IMG/VR virus record: IMGVR_UViG_3300023435_000009
Length of the DNA stretch: 64,000 nucleotides
Strand: one strand, 5' to 3'
From: a virus
Lineage: Duplodnaviria; Caudoviricetes
Shown here: positions 33,798-43,678 of the stretch, piece by piece
Numbering within the stretch: the stretch's first letter is position 1
How the letters are laid out: every line of letters begins with the position of its first letter
The notes under the pieces: model-generated
What the model was told of the DNA's origin: nothing
The model's input: the letters and a program-made list of their open reading frames with translations, nothing else
Database searches by the model: none
Position numbers and translations under genes: made by a program

Positions 33798-35086
33798 TGG
33801 CACGGAAAAAGAAAGATACAGCGACGGGGAAAGTCCCGGAGAAGGATGTAGGGCTGTCAGCATTGGCACAGGCTCGTAGCGTCATGAACAAGGTGTTCCC
33901 AGACGAGAAGTCTTCTGAGGTACGGATTGATGAGGCTCGTTTCACACAGTCGCACCCACATCTTCCGACCGGGTCAGTTATTATCGACTTCCTGATCGGT
34001 GGTGTCCCCAACCGGGCGGGCGTGTTGCCGTGTCCGGGGTTCCCTCGTGGACGACTCATCAACCTCTACGGGGCCGAGACCTCGGGAAAAACGACGATGG
34101 CACTGACTGTCGCAGCCGAGACATGTAGGCGGGGAGGGTGTGTCGGTTTTATCGACTGGGAGCACGCCATCGATGTGGCCTATGCTAAGTCGCTGGGCGT
34201 CCCCATCGATGAACCCGACCGCTTCCTGCTCCTCCAGCCAGAGACCCTGGAGAAGGGCCTGGCCTACCTCTGGGGGATGGTCAAGGCGGGTGTGGATCTG
34301 GTCATTATTGACTCGGTGGCGGCTGGGGCCACGACGGCACAGTGGGACCAGAAGCTCGAAGACAAGGGTGAGATCGGACGGGTTGGGGCCAAGGCAGCCA
34401 AGTGGTCCGAGTACCTCCCGCAGCTTAAGGCGATGATGGCCCGCACGAATACCTGCGTGGTTGGTATCTCCCAGCTTCGTTCCAAGATCAACACTGGCGG
34501 CGGTGGTGGTTTCAACAAGGGGCCGCAGACGACCCAGCAGGGTGGTTACGCCTGGAAGTTCTACAGTGAGGTGCGTCTCGGATTGAGAAGGATAGCGACA
34601 GAGAAAGGGAAGCGGTACGATCCGATGACCCACACCAACATCGAAGTTCCTGTGGCCAATGTCGTTTTGGCCAAGATTGACAAGTGTAAGGTTTCCGCTT
34701 CACAGGGCCGGGAGGCCAAATTCTATCTCGTGTTTGGGGAGGGGATCGATGATGTCCGCTCCATGATCGACCTTTCCGCCAAGCGGGGGTTGGTTAAGAA
34801 GGCGGGTTCCTGGTACTCCTGGGAGCGGGCAGATGGTTCTTCCCTGCGGGCGCAGGGAATAGACGGTTTCAAGGATCTCATTAGGACCACCCCTGGTGCC
34901 TGGGAGGAGATACACACGTTGGCCCTCCAGTCACTGAACGCCAGCCCTGATGCTCCGATTGGGATCGGGGACGATTTCAACGAGGATGACGAATCTGAGA
35001 CCATCCGTGAGGTCATGGCTATCGTGGATGGTCAGGATCCGACGAAGAAGCCCGAGGTACCTAGTGCCGAAGAGGTAGAAGACTGA
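33797..35086 (+). CDS. recA: RecA/UvsX recombinase
   Basis: GAETSGKTT, FIDWEH, IIDSVA, ISQLR, GGYAWKFYSEVRL. Confidence 0.93.
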   Translation: MARKKKDTATGKVPEKDVGLSALAQARSVMNKVFPDEKSSEVRIDEARFTQSHPHLPTGSVIIDFLIGGVPNRAGVLPCPGFPRGRLINLYGAETSGKTTMALTVAAETCRRGGCVGFIDWEHAIDVAYAKSLGVPIDEPDRFLLLQPETLEKGLAYLWGMVKAGVDLVIIDSVAAGATTAQWDQKLEDKGEIGRVGAKAAKWSEYLPQLKAMMARTNTCVVGISQLRSKINTGGGGGFNKGPQTTQQGGYAWKFYSEVRLGLRRIATEKGKRYDPMTHTNIEVPVANVVLAKIDKCKVSASQGREAKFYLVFGEGIDDVRSMIDLSAKRGLVKKAGSWYSWERADGSSLRAQGIDGFKDLIRTTPGAWEEIHTLALQSLNASPDAPIGIGDDFNEDDESETIREVMAIVDGQDPTKKPEVPSAEEVED

Positions 35087-36306
35087 TGTCCGTCAAGATC
35101 CGAGTCCAGAACTTCCAGTCGCTGGTAGATGTGTCCATTGAGGTGGACCATCTGACTGTGGTGACCGGAGCGAACAACACTGGGAAGTCCTCTCTTATGC
35201 GGGCGATCCGAGCAGCCTTCCAGAATCTGAGGGGGACCAGCTTCATCCGGCACGGGGAAACCAAGGCTCGTGTGGACATCGAGTTTGACGATGGGCGCAC
35301 CTTGGCCTGGGAGAAGGGGAGGGCTCGGGGGGACAAACCGACCTACATTATAGATGGGGGGGATCCAATCTATCCCGGTCAAGGTGTCCCTCCTGAGGTA
35401 GCAGCGTTCGGGGTGTGCCCTATCACAGCAGCCAACCGAGAGATTTGGCCCCAGGTGGCACCCCAGTTTACGGGTCAGGTTTTCCTGCTGGATTTGCCTG
35501 GTTCTGTGATGGCAGAGGCTGTTGCCGACGTAGAGCGGGTCCGACAACTCAATGACGCTTTGCGCCTTGCTACGTCTGACAAACGTTCGGCCTCATCCGA
35601 GTTGGGTGTCCGCCGGGGGGACCACGAGAGGCTGACTATAGAGTTGGATCGCTTCGATGGTCTGGATGAGTTGGCTACGGAGGTAACCAGCCTTGAGGAG
35701 AGCGCCCAACTCGCCCAGCGGATAGAGGTTGCCCTTGAGTCCTTGTTCGGGCTGAGAGATCGATTGGTAGAGGCATCCACTGCGGTGTCAGATCTTTCGG
35801 GGATCGAGGACGTCACCCCTCCCGAGGACGCTGCTTTCACTACGGTGGATCTGTTGCATCGGCAGTTGCAGGGTTGTGTGCATCTTCAGGAACGGTTGAA
35901 CGAGGCGTCTACCGCTGTGGACTCTCTTTCGGGGATCGAGGCTGTGGCACCCCCCGAGACTGATGCCTTTGACACGGTGGCGTTACTTCAGGAAGAGCTG
36001 CGGGGTCATAAGCTGCTCAGGGATCGGCGGGTGGGGGCACAGGAAGGGGTGGCCTCCCTGGAGGGTGTTGAAGACGTTACCGTGGATGTAGACCCAGCTA
36101 AGGCGACACGGTTAGTAGAGGCTCTCCAGACGGCCAAGGATTTCCAGACCCGTCTGATCAAGGTGCGGGTTCAGATCGAGACCTTGGAGCAAGTGCTGAG
36201 TGAGGATGAGGCTGATGAGGCCGAGTTGACCAAGGAACTGCTGGAGACTCTCGGGACAATTGGGGCGTGTCCTGTTTGTGGATCCATTAATCACCAGGAG
36301 CACTAG
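35086..36306 (+). CDS. sbcC: Rad50/SbcC-like ATPase, N-terminal half ending at the Zn hook
   Basis: VQNFQS, Walker A GANNTGKS, coiled coil, terminal CPVC; no signature motif or Walker B. Confidence 0.82.
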   Translation: MSVKIRVQNFQSLVDVSIEVDHLTVVTGANNTGKSSLMRAIRAAFQNLRGTSFIRHGETKARVDIEFDDGRTLAWEKGRARGDKPTYIIDGGDPIYPGQGVPPEVAAFGVCPITAANREIWPQVAPQFTGQVFLLDLPGSVMAEAVADVERVRQLNDALRLATSDKRSASSELGVRRGDHERLTIELDRFDGLDELATEVTSLEESAQLAQRIEVALESLFGLRDRLVEASTAVSDLSGIEDVTPPEDAAFTTVDLLHRQLQGCVHLQERLNEASTAVDSLSGIEAVAPPETDAFDTVALLQEELRGHKLLRDRRVGAQEGVASLEGVEDVTVDVDPAKATRLVEALQTAKDFQTRLIKVRVQIETLEQVLSEDEADEAELTKELLETLGTIGACPVCGSINHQEH

Positions 36307-36307
36307 A

Positions 36308-37375
36308 ATGGCCGTTTCACTTGTGTGGCGCACGGACGCCCATCTGGCGGATCAGCCCCCTCAGTCCCGTATTGATGACTGGGCTGATACTATCCTCAAC
36401 AAGCTCGTCCAGGTGGGAGATATTGCCAGACAGGCCGGTGCCTCTGCAGTGCTGGATGGTGGTGATCTTTTTCATGTTAAGAGTCCGTCCCGGACCAGCC
36501 ACGAGTTGATACAGCGGGTCACGGAGATCCATCGGGTTTACCCCTGTCCGACTCTGGGCATTGTGGGCAACCACGACGTGAAGTACGGAGACATACGGTT
36601 TCTGTCAGAGGCTCCTTTGGGGGTGCTGTTCAAGTCCCAGATCATCCAGCCCTGTTATGACCCGTTGGAGGTGTACTTCGGACAGTCCGATAAGAGTAGC
36701 CCCACGGTGAGAGCTTTTCTCTTCGACCGGGCAGGTACAGGTTGGGTCCAGGGTAGCCCCTTCGTCCCAGGTAGGACCGAACCTGTCGTGCGGGTGGTGG
36801 GCATCCCCTTCCATGGTACCCAGTATGACTTTGCTCGTTTCACTTCGATCATCAAGGGGGAGGAGGATTTCCTGGTCGTGATGGTCCATTGCCTGGCCAG
36901 CCAGCGTGGTGGGACCATGTTCGAGGCTGAGGACATCATTAAGTATGAGGAGCTTGCTTCTCTTGACCCTGATGTTTTCTGTTTCGGCCACTGGCATAAG
37001 GACCAGGGTGTGAAGGAGATTGCCAAGGGAAAGTGGGTCGTCAACACGGGGAGCCTTTCCCGTGGTTCCCTGAGCCAGGACGACCTGGAGCGCACCCCCA
37101 GTTGTGTGGTCCTCGGGTTCGACCAGGACGGGAAGATAACCCACGAGGTGAAGCCTCTGAAGGTGGCTCCTTCCGCTGAGGTGTTCGACCTCGTTGGTCG
37201 TGTCCGGCAGGAAGCCCGCAAGATGACGGTGGATGCCCTAGTTGACAGCCTCCACAGCGCCCTGGCTGTCCGTCAGGTCACTTCTCTCCTGGATGACGTG
37301 AGGGCACTCCCAGACGTGCCAGAGTTGGTGAAGGAACGTACCCTGGCTTACCTGGAGCAAACTGGAGCGAAGTGA
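36308..37375 (+). CDS. sbcD: Mre11/SbcD-like metallophosphoesterase nuclease
   Basis: TDAH, GGDLFH, GNHD, MVH, GHWH. Confidence 0.9.
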   Translation: MAVSLVWRTDAHLADQPPQSRIDDWADTILNKLVQVGDIARQAGASAVLDGGDLFHVKSPSRTSHELIQRVTEIHRVYPCPTLGIVGNHDVKYGDIRFLSEAPLGVLFKSQIIQPCYDPLEVYFGQSDKSSPTVRAFLFDRAGTGWVQGSPFVPGRTEPVVRVVGIPFHGTQYDFARFTSIIKGEEDFLVVMVHCLASQRGGTMFEAEDIIKYEELASLDPDVFCFGHWHKDQGVKEIAKGKWVVNTGSLSRGSLSQDDLERTPSCVVLGFDQDGKITHEVKPLKVAPSAEVFDLVGRVRQEARKMTVDALVDSLHSALAVRQVTSLLDDVRALPDVPELVKERTLAYLEQTGAK

Positions 37376-37881
37376 CCGTCAAGACCTTCACCTTTGGAAA
37401 CGACCCCATCCCGAAGCGACCGACCAAACCGCTGTACATCGAGCTTGTTCCCTTTACAGCGTGGGCGGAGAACGTTCGTACCAAGTGCCCACGCTCCATG
37501 TGGGACCGATTCCGCCGGATGTGTTATCGCCGGGCGGAGTACCGTTGCGAGATCTGTGGTGAGTCAGGGAAGGACCAGGGTAGAGATTGGCCCGTAGAGT
37601 GCCATGAGGTCTGGAGCTACAACGAGGATCTCAGGATCCAGAAGCTCGTGGGCCTCGTTGCCCTGTGTCCTTTGTGTCACGAAGTTAAACATGCAGGACG
37701 GACGGCGAAGCTGGACGGTCCGAAAGGCATTGCCAGAATCTTGACACGCCTTCAGCGGCTCAACGACTGGACCGAGGATCAGGCGGGTGCCCACTTCAAG
37801 GAAGCTTTCCGTGTGTGGAACGTCCAGTCGCAGTGGGACTGGACCCTCGACCTGACTTTCCTAGACTCCGCAGCCCCCTGA
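37372..37881 (+). CDS. HNH-like endonuclease family protein
   Basis: CEICG ... ECHE ... LCPLCHEVKH. Confidence 0.7.
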   Translation: MTVKTFTFGNDPIPKRPTKPLYIELVPFTAWAENVRTKCPRSMWDRFRRMCYRRAEYRCEICGESGKDQGRDWPVECHEVWSYNEDLRIQKLVGLVALCPLCHEVKHAGRTAKLDGPKGIARILTRLQRLNDWTEDQAGAHFKEAFRVWNVQSQWDWTLDLTFLDSAAP

Positions 37882-37909
37882 GGATCATCTCACCCGACTC
37901 CCGAGTAGT
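37882..37909 (+). promoter_or_regulatory. Repeated phage promoter-like motif, copy 5
   Basis: GGATCATCTC-N11-GAGTAGT right after a stop codon. Confidence 0.65.
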
Positions 37910-37935
37910 CTCAGTGTAAAGCCTACGAGGAGAGC

Positions 37936-38259
37936 GTGATGCCTAAGCCCACCCGTTTCCCGATTAACATCAAATGGTCAGAAATGCTCATGGACGAGCC
38001 GGGTGCAGTGACGGGCCGGTACCTCATCGTGGAGGATGGCAAAGCCATCAAGTGTCTGACGTGCGGGATGACATCTTGGAATCCCAACGACGTCAAGGAA
38101 CGGCACTGTGGCAAATGCCACGTGTTCCACGACGACCCAAAGTGGATCATCCTCCGGTTCGTCCGAGTAGACTGTGTAGGAGGTGCTCTATGGGTGAGAT
38201 CGTCATTCTTATGGGACCGCCGGGCAGTGGGAGATGTCCTTAGATGTGGGGTGCTTTAA
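37936..38259 (+). CDS. Small Zn-finger protein
   Basis: GAGGAG RBS; CLTC..NPNDV..HCGKCH. Confidence 0.65.
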   Translation: MMPKPTRFPINIKWSEMLMDEPGAVTGRYLIVEDGKAIKCLTCGMTSWNPNDVKERHCGKCHVFHDDPKWIILRFVRVDCVGGALWVRSSFLWDRRAVGDVLRCGVL

Positions 38260-38768
38260 TCGGAAAGGTTTTCCAGGTAAGCAACCACACGACGCAAATC
38301 ATCGAGATTGGCGTTGCTTTTAATTGTGTTTGCCTTGTAGGAAATCACCCTCACATTTTCTTTTGTGTATCCTTTACTGGGGACGATTCGGTCCAGCGAA
38401 ATTGAATTGGGGCCACAATGACCGTCATTTATAACGAGCAACAGACCAAGGACAGGGCATCTTTTTGGGATCGTTATGTCGTTGACACACAGATTGAAGG
38501 GGATGTTTTTCTTTCGAGCACGGGTCCGGGCTAGCTGGAGGAGGTATCTTGCAGGATGTTTTCTGTTTTGTTCCCTTTTGTATGCTCGGATTTGTTCAGG
38601 TCTGTTCCTTATGCTTTTTTGTGCTCTTTCAATGGCATGTTTCGGATCAGCCCAATAGGTTTTTTGGGAGTGTTCCTGGCAGCGCCTGCAACTTTTAACA
38701 GGGGAACCCTGAGAGTTGTAAAATTCTACCTTTGGTTTAGTCTGTTTACAGCGGCTACATTGTTGCAT
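38256..38768 (-). CDS. HNH/His-Me finger homing endonuclease-like protein
   Basis: CSRC..CRRC; CPVLG..SLDRI...GYTKENVRVIS..AN..K; AT-rich, antisense insertion. Confidence 0.72.
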   Translation of the reverse strand: MQQCSRCKQTKPKVEFYNSQGSPVKSCRRCQEHSQKTYWADPKHAIERAQKSIRNRPEQIRAYKREQNRKHPARYLLQLARTRARKKNIPFNLCVNDITIPKRCPVLGLLLVINDGHCGPNSISLDRIVPSKGYTKENVRVISYKANTIKSNANLDDLRRVVAYLENLSD

Positions 38769-38896
38769 TCAGGGTTCCTCCTGGGGAAAGTCCATCACCC
38801 AAAAAGGTTACACCATAAAGGAACTATTGTCGTTTTGGGTAGCCTGGAGGGTAGTGGGGTCTTGTGGGATTAGTTTCAGACCCCAATCGAGGTGTG

Positions 38897-39226
38897 ATGA
38901 AAAAGCAACTGGCCATCGTTGGTCCTCTGCAACCGGACGGCAGTACGCCGGTCACCCGGATGCGTGAGGGGGATGACGGTGAGACCGAGTACACCACGGG
39001 ACAGATAGTTCCGGCTGAGGACGGCAAAGCGATCCCACTGGGGGCTGAACTCATCTCGCTGAGTCCTTGTGGGGGGACGCCTTTCCACGAGGTGGAGGTG
39101 GTGCATTCCATGAGGGAGTCTGGGACCAAGTGGTCGAAGGGGCCATCCAAGGTTGCGTCCGACGCTTACCGTGATGGCTGGGAGAACATTTTTGGGCGGA
39201 AGCCTCGCCCGGAGGACTTGAACTGA
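38897..39226 (+). CDS. Hypothetical protein
   Basis: GAGGTG RBS; coupled to the next ORF. Confidence 0.6.
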   Translation: MKKQLAIVGPLQPDGSTPVTRMREGDDGETEYTTGQIVPAEDGKAIPLGAELISLSPCGGTPFHEVEVVHSMRESGTKWSKGPSKVASDAYRDGWENIFGRKPRPEDLN

Positions 39227-39417
39227 TGGTAGACATTTCACGAGATGATGTCAGGATTAGAGGCGACGAGATCGTGGATGGGGTGGTGCATCGGAGGTGT
39301 CCGAAGTGCCACAAGTTGCTCCCCCTGGATGCCTTCGGGATGCGTCGGATGGCGGGGCAGGGGAAGGGTGGTGTGGATCTGCTCACCAACCAGTCCCGTT
39401 GTAGGGGTTGCAGATGA
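39226..39417 (+). CDS. Small Zn-finger protein
   Basis: CPKC ... CRGC. Confidence 0.6.
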   Translation: MVDISRDDVRIRGDEIVDGVVHRRCPKCHKLLPLDAFGMRRMAGQGKGGVDLLTNQSRCRGCR

Positions 39418-39812
39418 ACCGTGAAGCAGAGTTGGCCCACTACCTTGAGAAGCACATGGTGCCCTACGACGAGTGGGCAACGTGCGGGGCGGACCCCGAG
39501 GCCGTCAGGATGGCCCAGGAGGGGACGGACGAGGGGTACCCGATCGCCCTTGCCAAGCATCCTATAATGGGCTTCTTCGTGATAGCCTCTGGCCAGGGTC
39601 CATATGTGGCGTGGCCTGACGACGAGGAGATACACAAACGCAGGAAAGCCGCCGAGAAGTTGAAGTCGGTCCAGCAGCAATTCGATTCTGCCGGGGACTA
39701 TCGGGACTGGGACGCCTGCAACCGCCTGGAAGATGAGAGGGACGCTCTGGTCCTGGATGCCCAGGGGAAGCGTGATTTCTACCTGGACGTTAAGATCGGG
39801 GGCACGGACTGA
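39414..39812 (+). CDS. Hypothetical protein
   Basis: ATGA coupling. Confidence 0.6.
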   Translation: MNREAELAHYLEKHMVPYDEWATCGADPEAVRMAQEGTDEGYPIALAKHPIMGFFVIASGQGPYVAWPDDEEIHKRRKAAEKLKSVQQQFDSAGDYRDWDACNRLEDERDALVLDAQGKRDFYLDVKIGGTD

Positions 39813-39813
39813 G

Positions 39814-40152
39814 ATGATTGAGCCTTTCTACTATCTTAACTCTCGTAACGGGATGGTCGCCCTCTCCATAGACGAGGGCGAGACGATGATGCTCCCCTCG
39901 GGGAAGGTGATGTCGGTTCGTCCCGATGTGTGGGATCTAGAACCGGAAGACCTGGAGGATGATCTGTCCCCCAAGCAGCAGGCGTTCCTGGCACACCACA
40001 ATGAGAAGCCCCCTATGGACTACATCGAGCAGCTTGCCTGGAAGCTCCGCAAGGGCCGACTGGCTGTTGCCAAGGATTTTGCACAGGCCCCGGAACCCCG
40101 TAAAAAGCCCCCCGTTTCAGCGATGGTCGTGAAGTCCGACTTCAAGGATTAG
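39814..40152 (+). CDS. Hypothetical protein
   Basis: ATG 1 nt after the previous stop. Confidence 0.55.
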   Translation: MIEPFYYLNSRNGMVALSIDEGETMMLPSGKVMSVRPDVWDLEPEDLEDDLSPKQQAFLAHHNEKPPMDYIEQLAWKLRKGRLAVAKDFAQAPEPRKKPPVSAMVVKSDFKD

Positions 40153-40180
40153 GGATCATCTGACGCTATCCTGGAGTAGA
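40153..40180 (+). promoter_or_regulatory. Repeated phage promoter-like motif, copy 6
   Basis: GGATCATCTG-N11-GAGTAGA, then GAGGAGG RBS. Confidence 0.65.
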
Positions 40181-40197
40181 ACAGTGAGGAGGCCGAG

Positions 40198-40971
40198 ATG
40201 AAGCGTAAGGACAGAGCATACACACCCGAAGAGGTGTTTTCGGTGGTTCGTGCCACCGAGGAGAGCCGAACCAAGGCAAAGGTGCTGGTGGATTTCGACG
40301 GGGATCTTATCAAGGTCACCTCCTTGAGACTCCAGCTTTTCGCTTCCTCCGGGGTGACCTGCGTCAAGTGTGGCCTACATGGTCAGTACCTGTACAAGGA
40401 GCGGCACTCCCCGACAGGTCGGTACCACCTCAATCTCTATGGGGTACAGCCTGATGGGACAGAAGTGTTGATGACCAAGGACCACATCGTGCCTGTGTCC
40501 CGAGGCGGCAAAAACTACCTGGGCAACCTCCAGGTCATGTGCGCCCTTTGTAATGAGGCAAAGGCAGATGGTCGGACTTTGGATCCACCCCCCGAGGACG
40601 TTAACATGTCCAAGAGGTTGACCAGTCCGTTTAGGGTTGATGGGGTGAGATACAGGTGGCGGCTGATGGGGCGACGCCATTTCATTGGGCAGGCCAAACC
40701 GACCCCTTACTTGATTGTGCGGGTTTGTGCGGAGGAGCCGGGGGCGATCCTACGGTGTAGGCTCATCCCCAGGCATGCTGACGTCTTGGGGGATGCCAAG
40801 ATCACGGTGTCAACCGAGGACGTTGAGAGGGTCATCCGCCATGCTCTGGAGAAGGGGTGGTTGCCCTACGAAAGCGGTCCCGTGTGTTGTCCCCCTCATG
40901 GGGACATTGGGATGGCCATGTACTACATAGGCACAGAGGTACCTGAGGAGGCAACGTGGATCGGAGACTAA
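40198..40971 (+). CDS. HNH endonuclease domain protein with extra C-terminal domain
   Basis: CVKC ... DHIVPVSRGG..NLQVMCALCNEAK. Confidence 0.78.
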   Translation: MKRKDRAYTPEEVFSVVRATEESRTKAKVLVDFDGDLIKVTSLRLQLFASSGVTCVKCGLHGQYLYKERHSPTGRYHLNLYGVQPDGTEVLMTKDHIVPVSRGGKNYLGNLQVMCALCNEAKADGRTLDPPPEDVNMSKRLTSPFRVDGVRYRWRLMGRRHFIGQAKPTPYLIVRVCAEEPGAILRCRLIPRHADVLGDAKITVSTEDVERVIRHALEKGWLPYESGPVCCPPHGDIGMAMYYIGTEVPEEATWIGD

Positions 40972-41138
40972 CCCGAGAGCAACTTCAGGAGATCCTGGCT
41001 GGGATGAAGCCCGGCACCTGTTTCACCCCGAATAAGGTGGGGAACTTGGCGGTGACAGACCCAGCCGGTGCCTATCTGGGGTACATCGATTTCAGGACCG
41101 GAGAGGTTGGCCTTTTCGAGGAGGCTCAGGGTGGCTGA
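40956..41138 (+). CDS. Small hypothetical protein
   Basis: Coupled at both ends, 60 aa. Confidence 0.5.
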   Translation: MDRRLTREQLQEILAGMKPGTCFTPNKVGNLAVTDPAGAYLGYIDFRTGEVGLFEEAQGG

Positions 41139-42219
41139 GAATACACACAAGATCCCATATGACGGGCCGCTGGAGTGGCTCGTGCCCCGCACGATCCTGT
41201 ACTGCACGTCGGGGAGCCGGGCCTACGGGACCAGCCGACCGGATTCGGACTATGACTTCAAGGGGGTCGCTATCCCCCCGAGGAAGTACCGGGATGGGTT
41301 CCTCCATCGATTCGAGCAGGCCCAGATCAAAGAGCCGGACGCCACGATCTTCGGGATACGGAAGTTCTTCGCCCTGGCGGCGGATTGCAACCCGAACATC
41401 ATCGAGGTGATGTGGGTGCCTAAGGAAGATCAACTGATTGTACTCCCCCAGGGCCAGTTGCTGATCGATGCCCGGTCCCGGTTCCTGAGCAAGAAGGCGC
41501 TGTATACTTTTCGAGGGTACGCCATCGCACAACTTAAGCGTATCAGGACACATCGCAAGTGGCTCTTGAACCCGCCTGACCATCAGCCTACCAGGGGCGA
41601 GTTCGATCTGCCCGAGCGGACGCTGATCCCCAAGGACCAGCTTGCGGCGGCGATGGCGGACATAAGGAAGAAGATTGACGGTTGGGAGGTGGACTTCGGG
41701 GATCTGAGTGAGTCCTCCAAGATTTACATCCAGGAGCAGGTTGCAACCCACTTGGCCGAGCTTGAGATCGGAGCGGACGAGAAGTTCCAGGCTGCGGCGA
41801 GGCTTATCGGCTATGATGAGAACTTCATCGTCCTGCTGGACCGGGAGAGGCACTACTCTGCGGCCTCCAAGAACTGGAGGCAGTACCAGGAGTGGAAGAC
41901 CACCCGGAACCCCATACGGGCGGCGCTGGAGGCGCACCACGGGTACGACACCAAGCACGGGATGCATCTCGTGAGGCTCATGCGGATGTGCCGGGAGATC
42001 CTCACCGAGGGAGTCGTCCATGTCCGGCGTGAGGACGCCAAGGAACTGCTGGCCATCCGTGATGGTGCTTGGAGCTACGACAAACTTATCGGTTGGGCCG
42101 AGGAGCAGGACGAGTCCTTAGTGGAGGTCGCCAAGGGGTCGGCCCTTCCGAAACAACCCGACAGGGTAGCGTTGGATGAACTTTGTCAGGAAATCGTCCG
42201 GTCTGTGCAGGAAGACTGA
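41131..42219 (+). CDS. Pol-beta superfamily nucleotidyltransferase (RlaP/YcgL-like)
   Basis: GSRAYGTSRPDSDYD, NPNIIE, YDTKHGMHLVRL; GAGGAGG RBS before GTG 41131. Confidence 0.82.
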   Translation: MAENTHKIPYDGPLEWLVPRTILYCTSGSRAYGTSRPDSDYDFKGVAIPPRKYRDGFLHRFEQAQIKEPDATIFGIRKFFALAADCNPNIIEVMWVPKEDQLIVLPQGQLLIDARSRFLSKKALYTFRGYAIAQLKRIRTHRKWLLNPPDHQPTRGEFDLPERTLIPKDQLAAAMADIRKKIDGWEVDFGDLSESSKIYIQEQVATHLAELEIGADEKFQAAARLIGYDENFIVLLDRERHYSAASKNWRQYQEWKTTRNPIRAALEAHHGYDTKHGMHLVRLMRMCREILTEGVVHVRREDAKELLAIRDGAWSYDKLIGWAEEQDESLVEVAKGSALPKQPDRVALDELCQEIVRSVQED

Positions 42220-42287
42220 CGGTTTGTCCTGATGTCGTGGGTACAGTGTCCCTATTCAACAAGCGGCGGTGCCGCAAGGAGGAAGGG

Positions 42288-42545
42288 ATGCTGAGTAAAG
42301 ATGAACATGATATCGTCAAGGTGGCTGCGGAGTTGCTCAAGCGGGAACTGGAAGAGATCGCCCCCACCTCGCCGGATGAGAAGCCGGGCAAACTGGTGAT
42401 CTACAAGTTCGGTTCCTTCATTGTCAAGAGGGCCAAGGAACGTCAGGTTGTGAACCCGGCTGCGGGTGGCATGGTCACCGTACCTGAGCGTACCGCCGTG
42501 CGGTTCTCCGCATCCAAGACGTGGCTCAAGAGCCTCGGCAAGTAG
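42288..42545 (+). CDS. HU/IHF-like DNA-binding protein
   Basis: FGSFIVKRAKERQVVNPAAGGMVTVPERTAVRF; AAGGAGG RBS. Confidence 0.85.
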   Translation: MLSKDEHDIVKVAAELLKRELEEIAPTSPDEKPGKLVIYKFGSFIVKRAKERQVVNPAAGGMVTVPERTAVRFSASKTWLKSLGK

Positions 42546-43590
42546 CCACCAGGGGGGTCTTCCGGTACTCCTGCATCAGTTTGAAAAGAGATGACTCTCC
42601 GGTTAGACCTCGTCCTCCGGTTCGCAAGGCACTGTCATAAGCTGTCCAGTTTTCTATCGGTTTGTCCGGCACCGTTTTTCCGTCATGTGCGATAGGGAAG
42701 CGTCCATGTAACAGTTTGAATCTGTCTACATCATCCAGGATACTGAGGATGGAAAGGGGCTTTCCTTTAAAACGTGTCTTTTTATCCCTCCGTCCGACAG
42801 GTTTTATTCGGGGACGGGATAGGGGAAGCGGATCAAGAGGTTCCCCCGGTTTTCCTGTGTCTTGGAACGTGCAGATCCGTTGGCACCACAGAAGAAATCT
42901 TGGCTGGCTGATGTTCTGTTTCATCCTGTTGATGTCCTTATGGACCCACTGGACATTGTCTATTGTGTAGGGGAGTTTTGAATCTCTGCGGTCTAGAGAG
43001 GCCGTTCCATCTGTTTTGTTTCGGATACATAGCACTAGGGGGAGTCCTGTTAGGGCACATTTCTGGTTTTGTGTGAGAAAAAGATCCCATAGCTGTTCCT
43101 TTGTTACCGCAAAGGTTAGCCCTCTTGTTCGGGCACCTGTCCGTAGGCTGGACATGTAGGCTCCTGAAAGATTTCCGATACCCCGAAAGTTTCCAAGTGG
43201 GAGACATCCACAGCTAATGGTTTTGTTTCGTTTTAATAATGCGATGAAGATATCCTTTTCACCCCCACAGTCACAGGTACAGTGGGCCATTCTCCGGGTC
43301 TTTTTGTTGCCACCTTCCAGATAGAAACTTTGAATTGTCAGTTTTCCGTACCGATCTCCTACGTTGTACCTGATGAGCCCCCTGTGTTTGCAGTGCCAGC
43401 AGCGGCTGTTTTCCGTCAACCTAATGGAACAGATTGTGAAGGTGCTGCCACAGGGACAAAGAACCTTTACTTTCTGGAAGGATCCCTTATTGGGGCTGTT
43501 GTGGTTAGGTAAGACAGTTGTAACATGCAGCCGTCCAATGACATCTCCGACTTGAAAAAGCTTTTCCTTCTCCATTGTTTCCTTCTCCAT
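42526..43590 (-). CDS. Free-standing HNH-type homing endonuclease
   Basis: Two G..yG.L.v..C.CG repeats; QKCALTG..ASLDR.DS..YT.DNVQWVHKDIN.MK; AT-rich; start approximate. Confidence 0.7.
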   Translation of the reverse strand: MEKETMEKEKLFQVGDVIGRLHVTTVLPNHNSPNKGSFQKVKVLCPCGSTFTICSIRLTENSRCWHCKHRGLIRYNVGDRYGKLTIQSFYLEGGNKKTRRMAHCTCDCGGEKDIFIALLKRNKTISCGCLPLGNFRGIGNLSGAYMSSLRTGARTRGLTFAVTKEQLWDLFLTQNQKCALTGLPLVLCIRNKTDGTASLDRRDSKLPYTIDNVQWVHKDINRMKQNISQPRFLLWCQRICTFQDTGKPGEPLDPLPLSRPRIKPVGRRDKKTRFKGKPLSILSILDDVDRFKLLHGRFPIAHDGKTVPDKPIENWTAYDSALRTGGRGLTGESSLFKLMQEYRKTPLVATCRGS

Positions 43591-43678
43591 CCTTTCGTTC
43601 TCTAAAGGATAGAGAAGATTTTTGGTCTGCACAAGGTCTTTTCGGGGTAGAGTACGATGAACCTTTGTTGAGGGTACC

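Noticed and set aside
32136-33869. 577-aa minus-strand ORF
   Set aside because: Antisense shadow of the GC-rich ssb and ruvC genes
41092-42021. 309-aa minus-strand ORF
   Set aside because: Antisense shadow of the nucleotidyltransferase; the same applies to most other long overlapping ORFs in the track
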